DNA of 64,000 bases, taken from assembly GCF_023055435.1 (NCBI RefSeq), contig NW_025964223.1, forward strand, positions 54,188,001 to 54,252,000, written 5' to 3'. The stretch comes from Haliotis rufescens. Taxonomy: Eukaryota. The notes below the pieces were generated by a model, which was not told the DNA's origin, did no database searches, and saw nothing but the letters and a program-made list of their open reading frames with translations. Positions 41,201-51,006 of the stretch are shown here, in pieces (the first letter of the stretch is position 1; every line of letters starts with the position of its first letter). Made by a program: the position numbers and the translations under genes.

Positions 41201-42963
41201 TTCGAAAAAACATTTTTCCAAAATACTGAATTCGCAATCTATAATGAAAGGCAGCAGTCTCCAACATCCTCTACCTACATGGCCTTAGGGGCCATACATT
41301 TTTATTTTTTGTTTCACGGGCCTGCCACCCCTACCCCCTACTGTAAAGCAGCCAGTCGAAGAAACATAACATAGACCCTCTTATACAATAAAAAATGTAA
41401 TATATGAATTCCATGCCGACATCACTATCAGTGACTCAAGAATGCAGCTGCAGCTTTAACCATGCAAACTACACGGCAGGGGTTCATATGAATAAATACA
41501 TAATGATTGACATAGCTGGTTGTTTTTATTTTTATTTTTACAGACCTTGTGTGGAAAAGCTGGAATAAATCTGTGAAACGTAAAATTAAAAAAGTGTGTC
41601 CTAAATGTATTATGGAACGTTCAGCTTGAAGTGCTCAAAGATTCTCCATCATAAGCCAGTCCCTCCCACACTAGTAGCAACAGTAGTGGTAGTAAAGAGT
41701 ACCACAGGTCATCTTCCCGAGGCAAGAGAGTTAAGCCTAGTTTGGCAAGGGTGGAAACTGGACTTTTATAGTCAGTTAACGCCCTTGCCTCAGGAAGATG
41801 ACCACAGGTAAGCCTATTTGCCAGTCCCTCCCATACCTACCGGTCATAGTTCTCTGCCCCTTCGTCAAGGCCAGGCAGCAGTCCCAGCAGAAGGCCATTG
41901 AGGCCAGGTTTGATGTGCTTGCCCAGGGGCACAAAGTGTTTCTCGTACACAGTCAGCAACACCGGCTTGACACTCATGGCAGCGTGGCTGAGCAGCGGGA
42001 ACATGCCAGCACTGTAGATGAACAGATCCACGGCCAAACGCTGCGTCCCAATACATTTGAAGATGATGTCGTATGTCTCAAGGGCCTTGAGGTGAACACC
42101 ACTCGGCAGGGCAGGGTGTAGGCACTGAGCGAGACGTTTGCCAATTGTCACTTTCTTAGGAACAACTGGGTACTTCATATGTGCCAACAAGACCTGAAAA
42201 TGTCAATGAGAAACTGAGTTGAGAAATAATGTAACTTTGAACAGAATTGTGGCTGTAATGACCGAGTCAACTTATTCTGGGAAGGCCCAAAGTGATGCAG
42301 ATGTCAGAGATGTTTCAGATGCTTGTGCTTGAGTACATACTAAGGATCATAATCTTCACATTATGTGCTTGTTTGTTTGTTGTTGAACACCCCTTCAATA
42401 GTGTTCCAGCTATATGACAGTTAGGAGTGTAACCTTATATCGAACATTTGGTGTATCTTAATTGTTTCCTCTACAATTGTTTTAGTAGTAAACTTGAAAA
42501 GCTAATTACAACACATTTTACAATATTTGACAGACAAAAAGGCTGAATCAGGGGTGGTGGTTATCAAACCAGTAGCAGTAATTTATTTTAGCAAGTGTAT
42601 AGTCTACAGAAAAAAAGCACTGTGTATCATATTGTTGTGTGAAAACTCATGATGCACCGATGTATCGTTTCACCCTTACATTCATTCATAAAATTCAACA
42701 TTGGAAATTTTCTGTGTTCACGCATATTGTACCAATTCCAGCACTGACATCCATCAATTATGTGAGAAAATCTGCTACAGACAACTCAAGACCTCAATGG
42801 TACCATGTCTACTAACCTTGTTGAGTTTTCCGAGAGCGGAGATGAGGTCCGCCCACTCGCTGGTGTTCTCAAAGCTACGCAGAGCCTTCTCGACCTGGCT
42901 GATGTAGTTCCGGTACTTGGAGTCCGACAGGAGGTCGCACTCCTCGATCGTCAACATACTCAT
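8197..42963 (-). CDS. DOP1A: Protein dopey-1-like (DOP1A/DOPEY1 family), spliced gene span; 22 coding exons in window, C-terminal exons not found
   Basis: Spliced translation starts [57 protein letters not shown] (Dopey_N) and later has [30 protein letters not shown] and [13 protein letters not shown]. All junctions are GT-AG with matching phases; summed CDS is 6725 nt. Confidence 0.96.
9093..9229 (-). CDS. DOP1A: Dopey coding exon 21
   Basis: [45 protein letters not shown]; cttcag / ATG|GTAGGG. Confidence 0.94.
9560..10882. repeat. 48-bp minisatellite (~27 copies)
   Basis: Unit aacattgcccaaaccctgtcaacttctcccaacatc plus a variable 12-nt block. Confidence 0.95.
10924..11076 (-). CDS. DOP1A: Dopey coding exon 20
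   Basis: [50 protein letters not shown]; tgcag / G|GTGAGT. Confidence 0.94.
11696..11907 (-). CDS. DOP1A: Dopey coding exon 19
   Basis: [44 protein letters not shown]...[16 protein letters not shown]; ggcag / G|GTCAGT. Confidence 0.95.
12536..12645 (-). CDS. DOP1A: Dopey coding exon 18
   Basis: [36 protein letters not shown]; tttcag / AG|GTAACT. Confidence 0.93.
13404..13504 (-). CDS. DOP1A: Dopey coding exon 17
   Basis: [33 protein letters not shown]; gctag / GAG|GTGAGG. Confidence 0.9.
13544..14122. repeat. C-rich compound minisatellite, 17-19 bp units (gtccctcaacac core)
   Basis: Repeating ccctcaacaccccagt / ccctcaacactctggt. Confidence 0.93.
14198..14576. repeat. ~22-bp minisatellite (~17 copies) containing the exon 16 splice donor
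   Basis: Unit ctctcctctgtcacac(c/t)(c/t)acca; sense strand GTGACAGAGGAGAGTG|GTAGGT. Confidence 0.93.
14561..14778 (-). CDS. DOP1A: Dopey coding exon 16
   Basis: ILNEFVQK...[20 protein letters not shown]...EVTEES; tgtag / G|GTAGGT; phase 1 fits exon 17. Confidence 0.9.
15318..15478 (-). CDS. DOP1A: Dopey coding exon 15
   Basis: [18 protein letters not shown]...LLDSWPSLL...PPGQFLLL; ttgcag / GA|GTACGT. Confidence 0.93.
15481..16213. repeat. 49-bp minisatellite (~15 near-identical copies) abutting the exon 15 acceptor
   Basis: Unit gcaacacacacgttacttgggtcacagatgatggtacatagttacaacg. Confidence 0.95.
16776..16916 (-). CDS. DOP1A: Dopey coding exon 14
   Basis: [16 protein letters not shown]...[14 protein letters not shown]; ttgcag / AAG|GTGAGT. 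Confidence 0.94.
17040..17297 (-). mobile_element. SINE-like family B, full length
   Basis: Reverse complement of the family B consensus. Confidence 0.88.
17373..17498 (-). CDS. DOP1A: Dopey coding exon 13
   Basis: [42 protein letters not shown]; ttacag / AGG|GTGAGA. Confidence 0.92.
17867..18373. mobile_element. MITE family E (~65-bp TIR CATCTTCCC.AGGCAAGAGAGTT...)
   Basis: Matching TIRs; 9-bp TSD acatgactc. Confidence 0.92.
18530..21371. repeat. 50-bp minisatellite (~55 copies) containing the exon 12 splice donor
   Basis: Unit gacacaccagctactcgctcaccttgggaggcacaacactccacacacaa; sense strand CTCCCAAG|GTGAGCGAG. Confidence 0.95.
21358..21543 (-). CDS. DOP1A: Dopey coding exon 12
   Basis: ETSPQR...[22 protein letters not shown]...LGSPK; tccag / AAG|GTGAGC. 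Confidence 0.92.
22195..22408 (-). CDS. DOP1A: Dopey coding exon 11
   Basis: [29 protein letters not shown]...FNPINSSR; ccgcag / AGG|GTAGGC. Confidence 0.9.
22635..23449. mobile_element. MITE family F copy 1 (TIR CAGAGCTCCAGATAAG), with a SINE C in its right TIR
   Basis: TIRs; ~500-bp body is the reverse complement of 24113-24618. Confidence 0.88.
23136..23430 (-). mobile_element. tRNA(Leu-like)-derived SINE, family C, full length
   Basis: Head GGGTGGCCGAGTCATCTAAGGCG...GTGGGTTCGAATCCC; (ACTC)n tail; TSD cagcttatctggag, inside a MITE TIR. Confidence 0.9.
23808..23979 (-). mobile_element. tRNA-derived SINE, family A
   Basis: Near-identical to the 34449 copy; TSD tcatcactggacag. Confidence 0.92.
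24113..24618. mobile_element. MITE family F copy 2
   Basis: Perfect TIR CAGAGCTCCAGATAAGCT; flanking direct repeat gatata. Confidence 0.9.
25035..25299 (-). mobile_element. tRNA-derived SINE, family D, with V-domain-like core; degenerate second copy ~48630-48870
   Basis: ACCGCCTCCGTGGTCTAGTGG...GGTTCGATACCC then TACCAAAAGACGTTAAAAGATGGTAC...CCTGTCTGGCGCTCAGCATTAAGGG (V-SINE-like core, from recall); (CA)n tail. Confidence 0.75.
25553..27316 (-). CDS. DOP1A: Dopey coding exon 10 (1764 nt)
   Basis: [10 protein letters not shown]...[12 protein letters not shown]...[14 protein letters not shown]...SALPYMG...QLCRNLE; tttcag / AG|GTGAGG. Confidence 0.95.
27688..28087. mobile_element. hAT-type MITE; a partial second copy lies at ~12128-12290
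   Basis: TIR TAGGGCTGGGA(T/C)G; perfect 8-bp TSD ccacaaag. Confidence 0.9.
28161..28313 (-). CDS. DOP1A: Dopey coding exon 9
   Basis: [50 protein letters not shown] (frame not in ORF track); tccag / AG|GTGAGA. Confidence 0.93.
28962..29147 (-). mobile_element. SINE-like family B with internal deletion
   Basis: Both ends present, middle missing. Confidence 0.8.
29571..29674 (-). CDS. DOP1A: Dopey coding exon 8
   Basis: [20 protein letters not shown]...RTFD; tccag / AG|GTGCTC (weak donor; phase 2 fits next exon). Confidence 0.88.
30196..30348 (-). CDS. DOP1A: Dopey coding exon 7
   Basis: [10 protein letters not shown]...[23 protein letters not shown]; ttgcag / GAG|GTCAGT. Confidence 0.93.
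30546..30795. repeat. 33-bp tandem repeat built from 11-bp subunits
   Basis: catgtaattcc-tgagtcattcc-caggtaattcc repeated. Confidence 0.88.
31531..31799 (-). CDS. DOP1A: Dopey coding exon 6
   Basis: [17 protein letters not shown]...NMVFYQ; ttttcag / CAG|GTAGGT. Confidence 0.93.
32577..33540 (-). CDS. DOP1A: Dopey coding exon 5
   Basis: [15 protein letters not shown]... with a charged low-complexity middle; atcag / G|GTAAAG, phase 1. Confidence 0.92.
34449..34618 (+). mobile_element. tRNA-derived SINE, family A, full length
   Basis: A box TAGCCTAGTGG, B box GGTTCGATTCC, tail GCTGGAATATTGCTAAAAGCGGCGTAAAACC(ACTC)n, TSD cactaaag(c/t)aaaagag. Confidence 0.92.
35104..35916 (-). CDS. DOP1A: Dopey coding exon 4
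   Basis: [17 protein letters not shown]...[16 protein letters not shown]...[17 protein letters not shown]...FLLDIVSL; ctag / CTG|GTAAGT. Confidence 0.95.
36010..38373. repeat. 25-bp minisatellite (~90 copies) containing the exon 3 splice donor
   Basis: Plus-strand unit caggtc(c/t)accccatctac(c/a)caccat; sense strand (TA)GACCTGATG|GTGGGTAGA matches the real junction. Confidence 0.95.
38363..38552 (-). CDS. DOP1A: Dopey coding exon 3
   Basis: TNVLLEDF...[34 protein letters not shown]; gtttag / ATG|GTGGGT. Confidence 0.93.
39253..40701 (+). mobile_element. Internally deleted hAT-like transposon with a TTF zinc-finger transposase remnant (~40281-40557)
   Basis: TIR CAGGGGTTGAAAAAT; frameshifted [10 protein letters not shown] / [42 protein letters not shown]. 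Confidence 0.82.
41710..41800. mobile_element. MITE family E, 91-bp deletion derivative; a solo TIR also lies at ~29797-29853
   Basis: Both termini present; 9-bp TSD accacaggt. Confidence 0.88.
41841..42193 (-). CDS. DOP1A: Dopey coding exon 2
   Basis: [34 protein letters not shown]...[12 protein letters not shown]; ttttcag / CG|GTAGGT, phase 2. Confidence 0.95.
42817..42963 (-). CDS. DOP1A: Dopey coding exon 1 (ATG at 42963; exon acceptor boundary at 42989)
   Basis: [49 protein letters not shown]; tttcag acceptor, AAG|GTTAGT donor. The acceptor implies an upstream exon. Confidence 0.92.
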
Positions 42964-44026
42964 CTTGATGCTCTCTTTCCTCTCTAGCACTGAAACAAAC
43001 AGTCGGCATTCAACAAACAGTCAGCATTTAACAGACAAAATTGAACCATGTCAACAAACAGTCCAGCATTAAACAAACTCAAATTCAAATCACAATCTGT
43101 GACTTTGGTTAATGATCAGGAGCCTCACTGGAGCTTAGTAAAATCTGTGTTACTCCGGTAAATAGTTGAAATATTAAGAAAATACTCTTTGTAAATGAAC
43201 TTGATAAACCAATGCTAAGATAAAGTCAGCCGACACCTTGCCACACCTGGAACCACCTCTTTATAACGAAGTGTGCATCATGTTCAAGGTGGATAAAACC
43301 TTTCTCCACAAGTGAAGATAAAAAATTGACCGCTGACAATTCTTCAAAAATACAAATCATTGAAAATCTGTTATTTATCTGCTGACCAGACACAAATTTT
43401 GCCATATACACAATTTTTCAGTTTCACCCAACTTGACCGAAAGGCTGCAGATAACAACATCTTGTAAAAGAATGAACAAATAAAACATGAACAAAACACT
43501 AGGGGGTACAGCCCTCCTTTGTAAAACACACCTCAACACCTGAAGTTGTGCTACACCTCGCAGTGCTCAAAATTAAGCATGAAAGTCAAGAGGTCCTTGT
43601 CATAACCCTAACTTGTTTGTGTGTTTGTCCAACACTGCACTCATTAATATTCCAGTATGACAGCAGTCTGGAAAAAATCCAGTCTTGACCAGACAATCCA
43701 GGGATTGATATTGTTGGCAACAATCCATGCCGTCAGGGTACGATGACAGACAATCAACTGGGGACTTATTCTGATGGTCCCAAATTCTAAAGCAGCAAAT
43801 CTCATGGACCCAGGACACTACTCCCAAGACCATTACATATTTAACATCTGTCTAGACAGGTGCAGCTACATTTCTCTGTGTTAAACATGAAAAGAGCATT
43901 GACCATGTTGAGATCGGAATACTTACAGTTAATCAAATTCCATCTGTCACTATACATAGTATTAGTTATTACGATATATAACACAGCAACGCGATAAACC
44001 GCAAAGGACAATGAAAAGCGAAGCAT

Positions 44027-44413
44027 GGTTTATTTCACAATAAAACATTGTTCTATCGCGACGTCATTTCTGGAGATTCGAATATGCACTCACAACTTGA
44101 TGTCATTTATTGGATGACGTTATTTTTGAGAGGGTAGTGTCTAGTGAGTTATTCCCCATAGATGTAGCTGGGCTACGCAGATAAACTCAGTGGCCAAACA
44201 ATCCGAAAGTGGGCAAGATATGACAATCGGTATTGGGAGAAAAGGTACAGATAATTGACTTGAGGATTGTGTAAATATGCGAGAAATACAAAACAATCCA
44301 CCTGTTTGTAAAATGGGCTTGTCCGACATATTTTAGGTCGGATTCTATTGAGGGAGTCACAATTATTAAAATTTGGGTAAATATTTTTAAAACATTTTTT
44401 CAACATCCTTAAA
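44027..44413. mobile_element. DNA-transposon fragment; inverted relative at ~52953-53497
   Basis: Shared blocks such as ctagtgagttattccccatagatgtagctgggc; both copies end at TTAAGGATGTT. Confidence 0.65.
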
Positions 44414-44534
44414 TAGGCTGTACATAATGTTTATATCCCATATAAAAAATAACGACTCATGGTCGTTGTTTATCGTACAATAAAACACTGCAGGGAGAAT
44501 AAACCATGAAGGGCGCATAATATATATTTGAAAT

Positions 44535-44835
44535 AGGATATTATTATACATACATGACATGTGTGACATACATGGTATCGCCCTTGTTCATGGTATAAGA
44601 TATTACTATATATATGCATGACGTGTGATATACATGGTAATGCCCTTGTTCATGGTATAAGATATTACTATATATGCATGACATGTGTGATATACATGGT
44701 AATGCCCTTGTTCATGGTATAAGATATTACTATATATGCATGACATGTGTGATATACATGGTATTGCCCTTGTTCATGGTATAAGATATTACTATATATA
44801 TACATGATATGCATTACATACATGGTATAAGATAC
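44535..44835. repeat. ~60-bp tandem repeat (4-5 copies)
   Basis: catgacatgtgtgatatacatggtaatgcccttgttcatggtataagatattactatatatg. Confidence 0.88.
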
Positions 44836-46052
44836 TACAAAAGGTACTGTATTGTCTCTATTAGACACTGGGTCTCCAGTACACACCAACCTCTAAATCA
44901 TACACTGTCCAAAAAACTATGGGCCGGGCCTCTACTAAGATGCCATGTATCAGGATAACAGTTTCCTATTTTAAGTGTATGTACCCTGTGCATGACTGTA
45001 AATATTGGGATACTGTATGGTAGTCAGTTGGACCAGTGCCAGCAATAAACAGAATAAAAGACGTGTAAACAGCTTGCACAATATTAATAAATGCCTGGGC
45101 ATCTAATAGAGGAAATATGGTACATGATATAAGTGCACAGGGGTTTCTGTTTAGCATCCTACACTGTGGCATGTGGCACGTGGTTCCAGATCTCAGAACA
45201 GGCGAGGTTAATCAGCATAGGTTGCAGGAAGCAAGTGGATGGGTGACTGAGTGCAAGCTTGACTCCTTGAGAGTTTCTAGGGCTTCAAGAGCACACTGAT
45301 CCAGTGATGGGGTAATAACGGTGTAGCACTTTGAACACACCGATGTGTGGAATCTAGCACATTACGAACATGATCATCATCATCAGCAGCAGCAGCATCG
45401 TGTATCATTCAGCACATCTAATAATAAAATCTAATAACCTGGGAAATATAACACTGCCAGTATGGGGAACAATCCACTCACCATTTAGTTACAAATGACA
45501 GAAGACCAGATTATCCTGAACTACAGCGGCAATATGCTACACCCAAGATACACACTTCAAGCCTTGTTTGACAATGGTATAAGGATCTATACCGAAACGT
45601 CACCTTTACAGTCAATAAAGAAGTTGTTATCCATAAATTGTGTCAACTTTTGTCATCCATCAACTTCTAAGTAATGCTTTTCAAACAATTCACACTTTTC
45701 CAAATCATCATGTTTTCATCAGTGATACCAATAACAAATTGTTCATCTTGATCCTGCCATAGTTCTGTAAATCCTCCAACTGTACCAGGAATCACACACT
45801 CAGTGAGACTGTCGTCACATGTCAGCCATCAAGGAACTGCTTGTTTCATCACACTACTTGAACATCACCATGATCACTACAACACTTCCTGTTGATACAC
45901 ACAGCAGTCACATACTACACGTACAAAGACATTTGATTTATCATTACTTCTATGCTGACCCTAGATTTCACTTTTAACATTTCACATTCAACAGAAATAA
46001 TAGTATCACAGGCATAGACCCATTGTATTACATTGTCACTGAACAGAAATAT

Positions 46053-46825
46053 TGTTGTTTAATGTCGCACTCTGCAATATTCCAGCTATATGACGGTGAT
46101 CTGTACATAATCGAGTGATTGACATCAGAGCATTGACCTACACAACTGGGATATGATGACACGCATCAACCAAGTCAGCGCGCCCAACCACCCGACCCCT
46201 TTATTGCCTCTTACGACCATCTTCCCTAGGCAAGAGAGTTCACTGACTTTAAAAGTCCAGTTTCCACCCTTGCGAACTAGGCTGGAATTCCTGGGCTCGG
46301 TCGTAGCGCCACCAGTGGCTATTACCAGTTATGTCCCTTCTAAGCCTCTCCTATGAACCAATCAGATTACACCTCTCGTATCAATTGCATTTTTTTCAAA
46401 CAAAATGGCGGCACCCAGACAAGACAATCTGATCGATAATCAAGACCTATATTGTGATAAAATGAGTCTTACATTGCGAAGTGCATAAAATCCCGTAAGC
46501 ACCTTGATTAAAAACATGAAAAGATTTAGAAAATATCTGTTGTCAACGAGTTGGCGGTGCACATGCTTTGCAAATCCTGCAAACGACCGATATCTGCTCG
46601 ACAGTTTACGAACCTGATTTCGATTTCTTTGCGTGATTTTGATTAGACTATGCATAGACTCGTAAGTCCAGCCATAATCTAACTCCATAATACCAGCCTA
46701 GTTCGGCAAGGGTAAAACTGGACTTTTAAAATCACTTAACTCCCACTTAACATCTTGGGAAGATGCTTACGACAAGCATAGTAGGTCACTGAAGACCAGT
46801 TCCAACTGGGATCTTCACTGGTGTA
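46053..46825 (-). mobile_element. SINE-like family B split by a MITE
   Basis: Halves at 46053-46217 and 46766-46825 rejoin at cttacgac. Confidence 0.85.
46218..46765. mobile_element. MITE family E, inverted relative to the 17867 copy
   Basis: TIRs; 8-bp TSD cttacgac; nested in a family B SINE. Confidence 0.9.
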
Positions 46826-47716
46826 GAGAATACAAACTGATACTGTTGCTTATTGTTTCCAGAATGTTTTTGCTTTAACAGTTAAACTGGTCATGTATTT
46901 TTTTTACCTAACCAACCACTTTAACAAAAAAAATAATGTTGCATTGATTTTGAGTCTCATTTTTGGCTAGGGGTCAGCAGTCATATTAATTTGGAGACGC
47001 ATTAATTTCAAAATTTACAGTATTTTTTATTGATAAACATCCATTTTATTTAGAAATGTCAGGATAGCATTTAACACCAGATTGTGTTCCCTAGTCTTTC
47101 CGTGTTGACATCAGACTGATCGTCTTCACTCGGTAGATCTTCCTCACTGGTGTCAAGACTATTTTGACTAACAATGGTTTATAATGATATGGACGATTGT
47201 TATTTCATATCATAATTCATTTATACCATACACAGATGCTTGCATACATTTTGACATTGAGCTGCCAAACCACTGTAATAGGTACCAGTAGCCGACCTGC
47301 AGGCTAAGTGGAATCCATAGAAATTCTCAAAAATGGCCCGTTTTCACTTGCTCATAACTTTCTCATTTATGGATAAATAAAAATATGAAATATACTACAA
47401 TAAAGATGTCCTTTTTCCTTTCATGTGGTGTGTGTTACTTGTTCATTGAGAAAGAAATGTATATCTGATAATAATTGGTACTGCACTACTTAACCTCATT
47501 ATTTAGCGCCACGGGGCGCTCGCTTCAAGACATTTACTCCAACGGAAAATACACAGTCTTTTTCTTCACTCTCGCGCATTTCACACAGGCAACACAAAAA
47601 TAAACTAAAAACAGTTAAGTAATCACCAGAGTTGGCACTTTATTTAGTACCAAATTCATACAATTTGTAAGCCATGAATATTTCCCAGGAAACAATTTGC
47701 TACACAATAGGAGACA

Positions 47717-47890
47717 CTGACTGACTGACTGACTGAGTATGGTTTTACGCCGCTTTTAGCAATATCCCAGCAATATCACGGCGGGGGACACCAGAAATGG
47801 GCTTCACACATTGTACCCATGTCGGGAATCAAACCCGGGTCTTCGGCGTGACGAGCGAACGCTTTAACCACTAGGCTACCCGACCATCCC
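47717..47890 (-). mobile_element. tRNA-derived SINE, family A
   Basis: Same family; TSD caataggagacac; tail converted to (AGTC)n. Confidence 0.9.
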
Positions 47891-48069
47891 CAATAGGAGA
47901 CACAAAGACTACACGTCACACCATGCTAATTACACAGATTCTAGACTTGAACAAGTCTGTAAGCAAAATAATATTCAACACAAAAGTTAAAAGGTACATT
48001 TTATTGTTGCTCTAAAAGACCTTTTTGTGTTGTCAGTCTATCTGACTTATCAACAAAACAAAATTAAGT

Positions 48070-48345
48070 GTTTGTTGTTTGTTTGTTGTTTAACACCGGA
48101 CTCTGCAGTATTTCAGCTATATGACAGCGGTCTACAAAAATTATCAAGTCTGAACCAGACAATCCAGTGATTGATATCATGAGAATCTATCTATGCAACT
48201 GGGATACGATGACATGCAACCCAGTCAGCAAGCCTGACCACCCAATCCCGTCAGTCACCTCTTACGACAAGGACAGTTGCCCCTCACAGCAAGCATGGGT
48301 TGATGGAAGCATGGAAGATCAATTCTAAACCGGATCTTCACGGGT
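48070..48345 (-). mobile_element. SINE-like family B
   Basis: Diverged full-length copy. Confidence 0.82.
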
Positions 48346-49973
48346 ACACAATTAAGTGGAATGACATTGGTTTTTACTTCAGTATACCCTTGGAGCAAGG
48401 CTAGCAGAATTCCTGCAACATGGGTGACCCTGAACATGCTGAATGCAGGACTTTGAAAATGTCATTTATTTCCCAGTTTACTTTCTGCTCTTCAGTGAAG
48501 CAAACGCACACAAACAAACACATGCAGTAACACTAACAGGCCTTTCAGCTAGTTGACTAGGGTAAAGAAAATACAATAGGTGACAATAGGTGAGGTGAAT
48601 AGGCGTTTAATGTCGCGTCAAAATAGTGATGTGTGTGTGTGTGCATGTTTTCATGGGTGTGCTTGTCCTAGGCCAGACTTATGCCAGTTTTCTAGAGCTA
48701 GCCCACTGAGATACCATGCCACAGTTTAACATGAATACCCCAGTACTAACTCAGAGCTCCTTAATGCCAAGTGCCAGGCAGGGTAACAACAAGTACCATC
48801 TCTTAACAATTTTTGTATGATGCACCCAGGGATCAAACCACTGACCCTCCGCTCTCAGGGGCGACCCTCTATGAACGGTTTCAGCTTTAGGATGAAAGGA
48901 GGCCTTGTCATCCTTGTGTGGAGATACCGCACATTTTGTGGGTGTTACAAATCACTAGATTATATATATGACCCAACCCCAAAACACACACAGAATCGCT
49001 AATGCTGATTTTGCTTTCAAAAACCCAAAGTGTCACTGGGCCTGTAAAAGCCAATCAGCAGCTGAGTGGGCATTATCAAACATCATCAGATCGAATTAAC
49101 ATGACAACAAAATCAGACACAGCAACATTAAATGATCAGTAGAGGACGTAATGTGTACGTGATGATTATGATGATGTCACACTATTGCTGTTGCAGTTGA
49201 TTCGGAGCCAGGAATTTACTGGCCACAGAATATAATTTTACAAAGTCAAACTGACACAACTTTCATGACTATAGGTCAATATACAAAATTGTGGAGAAAA
49301 TATATATATGAACCAGTTGTCATGGTTAAAGTCAGAGTATTCACTCGAATCTCTTGATTCCGGAAGCAGCATCAACAGATTCTCATGAATTCTCCATTAC
49401 TTAGTCACCAATCCAAATACGACCAGCCCTCCATTGTGACCATCAAACACCCATTTATCATGTTTATCACCTACAAAAGCGATCAAGGGTACTGAGGACC
49501 TCTTCTCCATGATAAACTCACTGGCTATTTCCTGAGGAATGTAAAGTTAACATAAGTCTCCTACCCATCATGTTGTCAGCTGAGCATGTGTGTTATTCCT
49601 GACACCAGCAGCAGAGCTAGATGAGCAGCAAGGACACCTGTTGCCTGCCTGATGCTATGGAAAGCAGTGAACTAATGACTAGCTGTCTGTGTTTCGTGTA
49701 ACTTAAACCATTATCAGTTCTGCATAATCATCATAACCCTGGAGAAAAATATGACATCTGGTGACCATAGTGACTACTGTGATCTGATAAAAGTTGCCAT
49801 GGTAACAGATTGTTTTCTAACAACTGTAATGCTAATCACATTGTAAAGGAAAACTCAATAAGGTTTTCAGCTTCCCTTTGATGTACAACATGTACAAATA
49901 CCATTGTATTATAATACAATATCAAGCATATAGTGTGAGCAGTGATGGTAGTTAATTCTTACATTTAGGTTAA

Positions 49974-50625
49974 AGGGCAAGTTCACACGGAAATGAACCT
50001 ATTTTTCTTGTACTTTTTCCACATTAAAAGTGTTAACATAGAAGTGTCATAGATAAAAATATAAAAATATCACAATTAATTAACATATTTTTCGCATTAA
50101 AACGATTTATATTTTTCACATTTACCAAGTGTTCTATTTCCACAACAAAAACACCATGGCTTATGCCCCTTGCAATATGACGTCATTGGTGCCAATTGAT
50201 AAACATTATGACGTCATCATGCTTTGTTAGAGCCGCTTCACGTGGTGTAGGTCCAGGTGTGTGATTCTAGCGTCTCAGATGCCAGCAAGCATAGTGTTAT
50301 GCTGAGTCACCACTGCGCCGGAGTGTGTCGTAGGCCATGTTGTTTTACCGCAAACTGGTACTTGATATCTTTTGCGTTGAGAATAGACAGGGACCCAGTT
50401 GAATTGGCACCAATTACGTCATAATCTAAGGGGGATAACTCAGGCCTGTTTAGCTCGAAAAACGAAGGCCTCATAACGGCATATCATTTTCACACTATTG
50501 TGAGCTTCCTACGTTCACTGTGAAAAAAATGAGTGTATATTTTCAAACACAGATACTAATTAATTCTAAAATTGCGTTTTGTTTAGAAAAAGAAAGAAAG
50601 TGATTTTTGCGTGTACACTTCCCCT
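49974..50625. mobile_element. Non-autonomous DNA transposon, Kolobok-like
   Basis: TTAA|AGGGCAAGTTCACACG...CGTGTACACTTCCCCT|TTAA; internal inverted repeat 50160-50199 / 50400-50440. Confidence 0.72.
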
Positions 50626-50640
50626 TTAAAGCATATCCTT

Positions 50641-50769
50641 NNNNNNNNNNNNNNNNNNNNNNNNNNNNNNNNNNNNNNNNNNNNNNNNNNNNNNNNNNNN
50701 NNNNNNNNNNNNNNNNNNNNNNNNNNNNNNNNNNNNNNNNNNNNNNNNNNNNNNNNNNNNNNNNNNNNN
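50641..50769. other. Assembly gap (N run)
   Basis: 129 N. Confidence 1.
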
Positions 50770-51006
50770 CAGTTATATCACGGCGTGCCAGCTTAATGTG
50801 GGAGGAAAGCCCAAAGTGATGCAGGTCTCAGACGTTTACCACTTCTTTGAAACCCACGAGCACGAGTATGGTGCTGACAAACCTAGAAACATAATCGGGG
50901 CGAACTGGGATTTGAACCCACAATCATAGGTTTCTGGCGTGCCCAAGGGACGCAACTCTGCACAGCGAATCATGGCGCCTTAGAGGACTAGGCCCCCTGT
51001 GCCCCC
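50770..51006 (-). mobile_element. SINE family C (tail lost in the assembly gap)
   Basis: Family C body and head, followed by (GAA)n. Confidence 0.85.

Noticed and set aside
50607-50819. ORFs spanning the N run
   Set aside because: Artefact of the assembly gap.
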